Of a stretch of DNA of 56,833 nt, positions 22,157-33,500 are shown piece by piece. The position numbers were made by a program, and so were the translations under genes. A model generated the notes under the pieces. That model saw nothing but the letters and a program-made list of their open reading frames with translations. It had not been told where the DNA came from and did no database searches. Numbering within the stretch: position 1 is the stretch's first letter; each line of letters starts with the position of its first letter. Source of the DNA: Halocafeteria seosinensis (taxonomy: Eukaryota); assembly GCA_001687465.1 (NCBI GenBank), contig LVLI01000059.1, positions 1 through 56,833 on the forward strand, written 5' to 3'.

Positions 22157-23049
22157 TCAGTGTGTACTTTTCACTCTCTGCTCGAGCGGTTCCTCGTTTT
22201 GTAGCTCCGTTCGGTTATATCTCTCTTAACAAGCAATCTTCAGCGGTGGATGAGCATATGACTAACAACGCTATGTAAGATACGAACACACTTCCCGAGC
22301 AGACACTCTTCCCGCTCAAAAGAAGAAACGCCCGACAGTGTTGGCCCGGCCGGATATGTTCATCACACTACTCTATGAACAGACTCAACGATGCGCACTG
22401 GAACGGCTTCGGAAAGTCAAGCAACCAGTTGAATGCTCTCTATGCCCACTTGATTGCACAAATACTGTGTACCGGATTGCATGCGGAGTTTTTCGGAATG
22501 GACTTTCCTTCTAGCAGTATTTAGGGACGCACATTCAACGATAAGAACATCCATACTAACTGGAAAATTGGTTGAAATTCTACTGCATCAAAGGAAAATG
22601 GAGGGAAAAAGACACATTGGAAAGGGCGGTCACTCGGCTCAAACGGCTCGAGTGAAGTCCGACTTCACACAACTCTTCCGAAGCTCAAGTTGCGCAACTT
22701 GCGCAGCAGATGCATTGATATACTCAGTCATATTATATATATATTATAATGTCGAATGTCTGCTCTGATTCATCGGTCCTGTATTGAAAGTCTTTTTTAA
22801 CCATCGCAATAGCGAATAGGACGAGGCTCACGAGACTTAACGTTGGCCAATGCATACTAGCGGAACAAAGCAAGGATGTGTACGAATTGAAAATTGCAGC
22901 ACAAGCGCTGAAGCCTCATGTTGAACTGAGCACCTGATCGGAGGCATTTGCCAAGTCACACAGTCTGCAAAGTTGAATAAGGGCATACGACGAATATGTA
23001 CAACACTGTTCTTAACCCTTTACTGTTCGTCTTGGTGTTTGAGCAGGTA

Positions 23050-23915
23050 GTAGTTTTTCTGCGGTTATTTAGGGTGTATGCTTTGTCCTTCGAGGAAGCT
23101 CTATTGATTTGGAATCTTGACGTTAGGAATGGAAAGATTGCAGAATTTGGTGGATTCTTTATCCATAGACAGCAGAGATTATTGCTGGATTAAAAGGAGG
23201 AGGAATAAGCGGTCAAGCTACAGGAAATGTGTCTTACAGTAACACGTACGCCTCTGGTGTGATCAGTGGCACATCATATGATTGGCGACGATCCTGGAAA
23301 CAAGCCCACACCCACATGACCAACCTCAGGCAATTTAGAAGATATAGATGGAGTCCTGTTTTATTTTCTCGAAACTCAACTGTGGTCTGATCACGTATGG
23401 ATCTTAGACGAACGTTTTGTCACTGAAGGGGATGATTCTGCCTGTTCTACGCTTTCAGCTGCCATCGTCCCCTTCGCTATCACCCACGTCAACGCCATCC
23501 ACCACCTCTACTCAATTTGAAACTGCTTCCAGTAGCTGCACTCCCTCTCTGACTGGTACGTCGTCGTCTTCGCAGAGCAGAACGGGACCGCTAACTCCAA
23601 CTGCAAGTTAGACGGCGACTCCCGACGAAAAGTACAACAGAAACATCCGCATCAAGTAGCTCGCCTTCTTCTTCGAGCTCCTACTACGACTGGAACGTCG
23701 CTTTCTAATTTCACTCCAACAGTGAGCTCTACGGCTACAGTCTCCGGGTCAACGACCTCAAATGTGTTAAGTGAAACGTAGTCTTCGTTCCCGTAGCCAT
23801 GGTCATGACATATCAATGAAAACGTGATTTCTCTCCATTGATAATTTCCGGCCGTAGGTCTCTTTCAAATGCTTCGACTGGGCGATATCTGCCGTAGAGT
23901 GACAGTGTCAAACAA
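23050..23915 (+). pseudogene. Deleted and rearranged pseudogene of the 20075-22156 GLUG-like gene
   Basis: + strand pieces ALSFEEALLIWNLDVRNG, NTYASGVISGTS, GNLEDIDGVL and LPVLRFQLPSSPS with stops and deletions; 23779-23915 is a 5'-region piece in the opposite orientation, matching 21552-21725 directly. Confidence 0.85.
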
Positions 23916-24176
23916 GCCTCGTTTCTCGAGCTTCACAAAATAGTGTCCAGGCTCATGCTGCGCAGCAGCTGCATCGATATGGTTTGATACACTATCGAAC
24001 GTCTGCCTTGTTCCCTTGGTCGTGTATTGCAAGTCCTGTTCAATTGGCAATCATGCAGCACGGGCCATGGTAATGGCGAACAGTAGACTGAGCTTCACAA
24101 GGCCTTCCAGATTTCATTTAATTAGGTGTTAGTGCATTTCCCTGGCGCTCTAGGACCCTCGAAAGCATTTAATACG

Positions 24177-25087
24177 ATGGTAATGGCCAATGCAAAACTT
24201 GTCGTGGAAGCACTGAAACCACATGTGAAACCGGGCAAATACAATCGCCTGTACCAAGTGGCTAGGAATCGTCGTTTGGACACCACTTTGGTGCTGGAGA
24301 ACTTGAATGACCCCCATAATGCGGCAGCATGTTTACGCACCGCGGATGCCTTCGGAATTCGCACCGTTCACGTGATTGAAAGTTACAATGCGTTTCATCC
24401 GTTTGATGTGCATGGAGCGAGTATGTCACCCACAAGCAAAGGGTCCGTTAAGTGGCTGGAAGTCAAGCGATACACGGACACTTCAGAATGGTAAGCGAGC
24501 ATTCAAAGAGGGATATTTCAAGTTGTTTTCTGTATTGGCACGGTTGGATTTTATTTTCGTTTGGTTCTTGTACTGTATGCAGTCTGCAAGCTCTCCGGGA
24601 CCAGTCGTTCATGATTGCGGCTTCTATGGTGGATTCGAAGGACAGTGTACCTCTAGATCAGTTACCGCAGCAGGTCACTCAAGCGAATCATGGATTGGCA
24701 AATAAACCCACTAGCTCACGACTTCGTCCTCGTCTGGCAATGGTACTGGGAAATGAGGTAAGCTGAAGAAACAGTTCCTGTCTCACTGCAATCCTTGTCT
24801 GTGTTACCCTTGGATCGCCGTTTGCAAGACAGCATCGAGGAGTTTCCCGGTTAACAGAATCTGAAGCTGATTTCGGATATTACATCCCTCAACAAGGGTT
24901 TGTTGACTCTCTGAATGTGTCCGTTAGTGCCGGTATTACGTTGTATGCAATGGAGCAGGCGCTTCCACCCCAGGAGTTCGTGGATGGAACAGCACTTGAC
25001 GAGCTCATGGCGAAGTGGCTCATTCAATCTGTACGCGGAGCGGACCTGATACTAAGCCGGAAAGGAATACAAGTACTGGATCTGTAA
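24177..25087 (+). CDS. trmH: SpoU/TrmH-family tRNA 2'-O-methyltransferase (Gm18-type), three exons
   Basis: LVLENLNDPHNAAACLRTADAFG; LVLGNE|HRGVS; IPQQGFVDSLNVSVSAG; introns 24491-24582 and 24758-24832 (GTAAG..CAG); stop TAA at 25085-25087. Confidence 0.85.
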
Positions 25088-26029
25088 TACGTGCTTACAT
25101 GATGCTTTATTCGGTTTGAAGTTTTCCCTTCTAGCATGTACACGCCGTTTGGCAAAGGAATACGAGGGACAAGAGCGATTATTGGCACCCTTTGCCTACC
25201 GACGACGAAGCAGAAATTGTTCGAGAGGTACATGCGATACCCACACGGTACACAACAGACATAGAGTGACGTCCCTAGACAGCTTGGCGACATGAGCGCG
25301 TTTATCGGGTTATGTCTGCCGAGATCCGTTACCCTGCAGCCTCTGCCGTTCGAAATACGGGACTTATTGGTTGACTTTGAATCCACTACTCGAAGGAAAA
25401 GGCGTGCATGCCAATCTGTTGAAGTCTTGTTCTGCGCATCACAGTTTAGCAGGTTTAGGGTAAGACAAGAGCGCAAACATTCTGACGGTCATCCGCGATC
25501 CCTTCGATGGTTGCACAAGTTATCTGCAATTAATGTGGAACCTCCAGGCTCGATCTAGAGGGATTTTAAGCTTGACGCCATTCTGATGTGGTTATAGTTA
25601 TAATATAGCCAGTGGCCACGTCGAGTTGTGACGTCACACGATTGCTGGAAGCACCATCATGACACATTACACCGGATTCCCATAGTTTGGTTGGACACAA
25701 CTTACTGCATGGGTGCGCAACAACATATTGCAAAAGGTAATATCCGTAGATATGCAAGCTGCTTCTTTCAACGGCAAATTCGGTGAAGCAGAGATATGCA
25801 TAGTGGCTCGTGTTCTACAATTCCTTCGTTTGGGGGCACAATAGCGAAGAGTGCCCCGGAGAGCCCAAACATCCATAAGGTGTGACTCACCGTGTGAGAG
25901 AAAACCCATCTAAAGATATTCTGCGTAAATATTGCTGTTCCAGGATGGAAAAAGCGTCATCTCTGTAGGAGCTGCATAAATATAGCCAGTTCGGGGCGGA
26001 CTCCGCTTGAATGGCCGTATCTGGATAAC

Positions 26030-29000
26030 ATGCCGACTAATGAGGCACAAACAATTTGGCACTATTTCATGAAAAAGCGAGGACGGGCTGCAAGGGCAAA
26101 TGTACATCGTTTTCTGTGGAGGACACTGTTAGGATGGTCCATCGTATCCGGAATCTGCATCGCGTCGTTTTTTGGTGATGACCTGTCCGCAGCAGAAACG
26201 GATTTGCTGTGGGTCATCATTCCGGTTCATTTTGTTCTGGAATTGATTATAGTAGCGGCCATGTTCGTAACTGGAGTGAAACTTTGGAAAAACTCGTATC
26301 AGATCCCGTTAGCCATCCTGGTACTTGTATTTGCGGTAGTATTTCTAGGGCAGGGAGCTTTCGTCGACGTAGCACTGATGAGCTCGATTGAAGGAGGTAA
26401 CCAACCAGAAGAACTCTCCACAAGCATTTCGTTTTCAATTCTCTTTGTTGCAACATGGATGAGCATCATAAGGATAATTTTAACTGACCGAAAACACTTA
26501 AGCATAGTGTATTTTGCAGCGGGAGTTGCCTTTATTGGAGCAACCGGTGTTCGATTGTATGCCGGACGTTATACATCGTTTGGCTATCCTGACCTTGTAC
26601 CGTATCTAGTGATGATTCCATGTGTAGCTCTAAATCTTTGTATTGCACGAGTGGAAATAAGAAATGAATGGTACGAGTTTATTACCCGGAAGCGTCTCCA
26701 GGCAGAGTGCATACGCTCGGAGGAGCTACTCACGCTAGCCATGCCAAAGGAAATAGCGCATGCCCAAATGATGGGCATGTCGACTCCTCGATCGCACGAT
26801 TGCGCAAGCGTGGCGTTCCTATATCTCTCGGGATACTCAACCCTTGTGGCCGGTACAGGTAAGAACGTCATACGGCTCGATAAGTCCGTTGCCAAGAGCT
26901 GCTTACTCGGTGAATTGCAGAATATGAACTACCGAAACTGATGAAGTTCATGGACGACTACTTCTCAAGCTTGGATGAAATAGTGCTGGCACACCCAGGG
27001 GTGTATAAAATCGAAAATGTGGGCAATTGCTATGTGGTTGCTAGTGGAGTAATACGAGTAAGCACATGATCAGTGCAGGCGTTTCTTGCGAACCCCAGAA
27101 TGCTTTGTGTATTGCAGTCTTCAGCGAACCATGCGGCGAACCTCATTGAGTTCTGTCACGATGTGATGAATGATCATAGGTTCAGGAGCTCGTCACATAA
27201 TGAAGTAGTAAATGAGTCCGATATATGTCATGGCGTCGAACCTTTAGGTATAAAGATTGGAGTACACTGCGGCCCTTTGTCTAGTGGTGTCATTGGCACG
27301 TGCAGGACTTTCTATCGACTTTTTGGTGATACTGTGAACACTGCATCTCGTATAGCAGCGTATGTATCTCCTGGAGAACTCGGAATGAGCTCGGAATTTT
27401 ATGGATCCCTTAGCTCGGACGAAGTACACCGACAAAGTGATTGCTATCAGGGGCTTGAACCTGAATCTGTGCATCTGAAAGGCAAGGGTGCGTTTGAGAT
27501 TTATCGGATAGTTTATGATGGTAACGGTACACGTCGGAACTGCATGTGTAGTGGCGTCTTCAATCCTGACGGATCTCCGAAGCTGAACGAATCTTCGGAG
27601 GTTACTGATGTCCGACTGGTAGCGCAAGTCAGTCCAAAGGGCGCGACATTCAATTTACAGTATAGCACGAGAGCGTTAGGCTGGGAATCCTATTCGCAAG
27701 ATGACCCAACAGAAGAAACACATTCGACAATAAGAAAAGCGCAAGATAGAGTAGCAAGCGTATCTAAGTTTTTAGACTACAAGCTCAATGATGCCTTGCA
27801 AGAGTACAGTAAGCTCGATGCTTCACTGCTGCCTACTGCGGAATCTTACCATGTTGGGAAACTCGAGAGACTTTCCCTGGCTCGAGTCATTGTTCCGCGA
27901 AATCGATCTAAGAAAACTGATACGTGTGTGCATCATGAAAGGCGTTCGCCATCTGACCAAATATCTGACGCAGGAAGATCAAACCAGGAGATAGACGAGG
28001 GCGGCTCGGAGTGGTTTCGGCGGCAGTTCTCTAGTTTGTCTAGCAAGTCAAGCTCTTCGTCGAATATGATGGGGACTGCAGTTGTAGATATGGCGTTCAT
28101 TGGGGAACCTGAGACATATTCAGTAAAACGATGTGGATTTTGCCGACGGAAGGTTCTAAAGGAGTACCCGACACTTTTTGCCAGGTTCCGTGACGAGGCA
28201 GTCGAGGCCGAGTACAAATCTCAAAGGCATTCACTGACTTTTGATCTGCTCTGTTCATCATTCGGGCATCTCCTGTTAGTCATGTTTTATCTGACTGGCG
28301 TATACTCTGCTAACATTTCCGGATCGACAGCCAACTTGCTCATCTTGTACACTCCTCTTGCTTTTGGATTCTGTATGCTGCAGGCAATGTCCAAGAAGTT
28401 TTCGCACCTGTCTTCAAGCCGCAGAATATGGCAAGGCAACCCTACAATTCCCCGAAATACAAAGAGTCCGCACGTTGCCAATTTGCCATCTATGAGCACT
28501 TTGGACGACAGCTATTTCAGTAAAGCCAGGCACTGCCTACAGGAGAATTTTTCTGTCTGGTTGTCGGCGTTCTGTTCCCTGGTATTAAGTGCATTCATTC
28601 TGGCAGATTCAATGTGGCTTAGCAAGGCGCCCCAGTCGGACAGGGTTTGTCTTGATTCCTTTGTGCTTCCTGTGCTACTGCTTCCAACCCTGCATATATT
28701 CCGGATGTTATCCAAACCACTGGCAATGGTGGAACTATACGGCTTTACTCTGTTCTTCGCTCTCCACGCCATCTCGGGAAGACTGGCTTCATGCTCTTTG
28801 TCTACTCAAGTGGTTGGAATTTTGTTGCTCTCGGCGACTACATATAATTCTATGTTAGATTCCGCACACTCCGAACTCAAGACTCGCCGAGCTTACACTC
28901 TCTATTCTGCATCGACACAGGCGAAACAACAAGCTGAGACTGTGACAGGTCTACTTTTTCCGCCGATCGTAAATGAAAAGCTAAAGCGGAATGAACCAGT

Positions 29001-29541
29001 CTCTTTCGAGATTTTTGAGGATGTTATAATTCTGTGGAGTGATATTGTTGGCTTTACGGCCCTCGCGTCATCAAAGCAGTCACGTAGTGTAATGGAGCTT
29101 TTAGACGAATTATACTCCTCATTTGATAAGAATGTGGGAAAGCTCAATCTATGGAAAGTAGATACAATAGGAGACGCCTACGTTGTAATTGGAGGGCTCA
29201 ACACTGGGAGAACAGAGTTCGGAAAGACTGCGGAGAAGGTATTCGACCTATCTCAGGCAATGATATCATCCGTCGCCGCGTTCAATGAGAAGAATTCTAG
29301 TGACCTGGGCGTCCGGATTGGTATACATTCAGGACGTGTAGGTGCAGGAATTGTTGGGAAATTAAGACCCCGTTTCCATGTGTTCGGAAAAACTGTGCTG
29401 GACGCAGAGCACCTTGAAAGTACGAGCCAGCGGAATGAGGTGCATATCTCTTTAGCAACAGCGAACCGATACCGTGGAATTCAGTTTGGTTTCGCAGCTA
29501 GCCACAAGGGCACTTGCTGGTTGCGCCCTCCTGGGATCTAA
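26030..29541 (+). CDS. Class III nucleotide cyclase with two TM clusters and two catalytic domains (predicted guanylyl cyclase)
   Basis: Introns 26859-26920 and 27058-27117 join the ORFs; domain 1 KIENVGNCY, IGVHCG, YRLFGDTVNTASR, HLKGKG; domain 2 WSDIVGFT, KVDTIGDAY, RIGIHSG, PRFHVFG. Confidence 0.9.
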
Positions 29542-30518
29542 TAAGGGTTCTATATTACTGTCGATTTCAGTGTAGCTCTTACTGGACAACGTGGGTCTTA
29601 CGTCTTTCCAAAGACCTCTTGAACTTGCGTTACGGATTTGTCCCTCAGAAGCACTCAAAAACTTTCGAAGTCAACATGAGCGTATAGAGAAGACGATGAA
29701 ATAGATGCATCAACTTGTCTAGTTCGGGATGATTCTTTCAGGCCCCATTGTTCTCAGTTTTGGTCTGGCTCTCACTCAGTGGCTGGCAGACCGACGAAAG
29801 ATCATATCAACCTTCTCCACATCCTGTATTGAATTGGGCGACGATATCATGGCCAAAGAAGTAGGTATGCCTCAATTCATGTACTTCATCTCTCCGAAGA
29901 CGGGGTGTCTAGCCAACCAGCTTGAATGCCAGAGGTGCTAAATTCTTTCCGAGATATTAATGCTAACGCCTTTGTTTGCAGATGGTAGCCACAGTTCCAG
30001 AAACCTGGATACGTTTCCTACTACCGCTGCTTCCCTGCAGAAACTAGCTTTCGGGAACAGTTTTTGTGAGAACATAAAACCGCGGACGAAGTTTGCCGAC
30101 GATACCGTTCCCTGCTGTACAACCTGCTTGAAACCCAATGCGAAGACGGTTGTACAACTTGTACTACAATAATACCGGCTGGTTGTGACCCCCACGAAAG
30201 AACTGCATTAGCTGCTCTTCCACTGGCATGCTACATTTTTTTTGTATATCTCCTGCGATCGTTAAGCTAATGTAGGAATACCAATAATAGTTGCTACAGT
30301 AAATTCACCATGGGAGTCCCACTACGTGCGGTACCTGTCATGACAGATGTGATTCACATGTCAACAACTCCTGTCACTCAGGCCAGGCTGAATGCGATGA
30401 ATGGTTTGTAGGGCAATATTCATCCTTGTCATCAACTTTCCTTGATCTGCTGAATGTCGCAATTGTGTAATGAAATCGATTGCTCCTGCCCATGTGTGTG
30501 TGCATCTGTTCCCTGTGA

Positions 30519-33500
30519 ATGGTGAGACGCCAAATCATGAAGCGCTCTGCGACTTTGATGCATGCCTTTCTCGCTTTAATGCTAGTGAATGAGCTCCATG
30601 GAGCTCACATTCAGAATGAAATTACGTGGACAGATAGTGTGTGCGAAGCAGCAGGCAATGGCTCATCCGCTGGACAGGTCACCAAATCTGTGGATGAGAT
30701 ATTCCATTCTCTCGAAGTGGACGCTCCCATCCACACTTTCCAAATTCGAACAATTTCCGAGCATGTATGGCTTGAGATAGAATCGGTCGTCAGACATGGA
30801 GAGGGAGCCGCCTCGTGCGAAAGAGAGGACTTAACGGAAAGCGACCATCCCTTCCAGTTAGCCAAGCAGGAATTCAACACTATGGAGACGAATGCTCCCA
30901 GGGAGACTGTTGGCGAGTTGGATGGAACCCTGGAATTGAAGAAAGGTCGAACATTGTCTGCGGAAGGTTGCAATCGCTACAGCGTTGCTGTAGCAGCGTA
31001 CAGTAATGTGTACAGAAGCTGCAATGAAGCTCCTGGCGATGGAACATTTCTTATCGACCCATACGGTGGCGGAGGCGCTAATGGCTTTTGGACACGTTGT
31101 CGGGACAAATTCATGGAGATCACACGATCCATAGCAAAGGATCATCTCGACGCAACTCTGCGCTGGAAGGGAGATGTTCGATCATCTGGATTCTTGGACG
31201 AGAATCGCCCTTTCACTGTTGATGGTCAGGGCGACCACTATGCACACTACGATATCGAGGTTCCATTTGGGTACAACCAGTTTTATTTGGACGATTTCAG
31301 AATCAGGGCAATGTCATATGAAAAAACCACGTCTGACAGTTCGGAGATTCTGCACGGACAGTGGTTTACCGAGTGGACTCAGGAAGCAACGACCCAAAAC
31401 TGCAATAGAGGTGACTTTGCCTTCGGCTCCGCTTCCCACAACGGATCTGTAACCAGCTACGCTCGTTTTCAAAGCCTTTCCAGCAATGATGGAATAAGTA
31501 CTTTTGCAGGTAATGCGATCACTTTCAATGTTTCAGAATCCAAGACTTTCCGTCTCCACTGGGGGGAAAGTGGAGTGCAGCATGAAGGCTGGTCTTGGTG
31601 GAGTGGTAGCATATGGGTACGAAGAAATACGGCATTGCTCAATAGCTTAGAAAGCTGTGAAGAAGCTCCCAGAGACGGCAATTATTGGCTTAATCCACTT
31701 GGGAAAAGCACTTCGCAAGTATTGCGAACTCGGTGCTTCAATGGGTTCACGGAAATCACACGACATGTCGCTGCGCGCCATCTTAATGCAACTTTGACGT
31801 GGTATGGAGATGTAGTCGATTCGGGCTTTAAAAATGACTCGCGCCCGTTTACTGTAGATGGTCGTGGAGGCCATTTCACTCACTATGATATACCTGTTCC
31901 GATGATATACGATCAGTTCTACCTGGAAGACTTCAAGATTCGCTCTACCTCGTACTTGTGGTCCAGAAAGCACCGCTCTGAATTTGGTGCAACACAGAAA
32001 CCTTTTTTCACGTCATGGAAGCAAACCAGAATCGAAAGAACGGTTAGCGGTGACGTTACGTTTGGCCCACCTTTAGACACTGGTCCAACAACGAGTTACG
32101 CACGCTTCCAAAGTCTGCGGAGCCATTACGGCGTTCATTCATTTCGAGGAAACGGGAGAGTGTTCAATGTATCGAATTCAAATGTGTTTAGGCTTCACTG
32201 GGGAGAGCGTGGGATTCAGAGTGAGGGTTGGGCTTGGTGGAATGGTAGTATCTGGGTCAAGAGAAATCCCCGACTTTTAGGTGGTGTATACAGAAGCTGT
32301 GATGAAGTGCCTGAGGACGGTCGCCACCGAATCAACCCATCTTCCCAAACTACTGTCAATGCTGCATTTTGGACCACGTGCAAGGATGGTTTCATGGAGG
32401 TGACCATGGATATAGCGAGAGAGTATTTGTCTGGCAGGCTTGCTAATACGGGAAACGTCTCCGAGTCGGGATTTTCCAACGATGGGAAACCATTTTCTGC
32501 TGGATATGGAAGTCACTTATGTGCTTACTCCATGCAGATACCGTTTGAATATAATCAATTTTTCTTGGAGGATTTTGAGGTTTATTCGATCGGATCCAAA
32601 CCTGAACATGGGAGCTACGGGAACAGCGATCGCTTTGCAGTGGGATGGACTCCTAATTCTACTATGGCGAGTAGTTATTCACTCTTGCGACATATAAACA
32701 CTACTGGCACCATCCATCGACTTTCACAGAATGGAAGCATATTCTCCGTACCGCAATCGCAAATATTTCAGATTTTTTGGAAACATACTGGATCTGATTA
32801 CGGAGGATGGGAGTGGGCAAATGGCACTGTTTGGCTGAAGAGGAATCGTTCCCTGCTGAACATCTATAAGGACTGTAATGAGGTTCCCGAAGATGGAGCT
32901 TACAACTTGACTCCTGTCAAAGGAAGGGTTGCTACTAGATGCTTCAAGGGGTTTATGGAAATAACGCCGCAAATCGCCAAAGACACACTGAATGCGACAT
33001 TGACTTGGAGCGGAGACGTTGTTGATTATGGATTCGTTGACGAGAACCGACCGTTCACCGTGGATGGCAAAGGAGGCCACTATGCTCACTACGATATCCC
33101 CATTCCTTTTGAGTATAATCAATTCTACGTAGAGAACTTTCGAATTCGATCCACGTCGGGAATGTTAGACAATACTCATACGTCGGAGCTTGGGTATATT
33201 GGCAAGCCTTTCATTACACGGTGGAACCAATACAGTCCTGATGCTATAGGAGGAGGAGATTTCGCGTTCGGCTCACCTAAAGAAGATGGTCCCGCTACAA
33301 GCTACGCCCGATTTCAGGAGTTTCGCAGTCACAGCGAGACTAGCAAGTTCAACGCGAATACCGTAGTTTTTAATGTCTCTAAGTCCAATCAGTTTCGACT
33401 TCACTGGGCTGAAGCAGGCTGGCAGAACGAAGGATGGGTGTGGTGGAGTGGCTCAATTTGGTTAGGAAATCATGAACGAACATGTACGACCCTATGTGAT

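Noticed and set aside
29600..30200. Interrupted minus-strand reading frame
   Set aside because: Multiple stops and no recognisable homology
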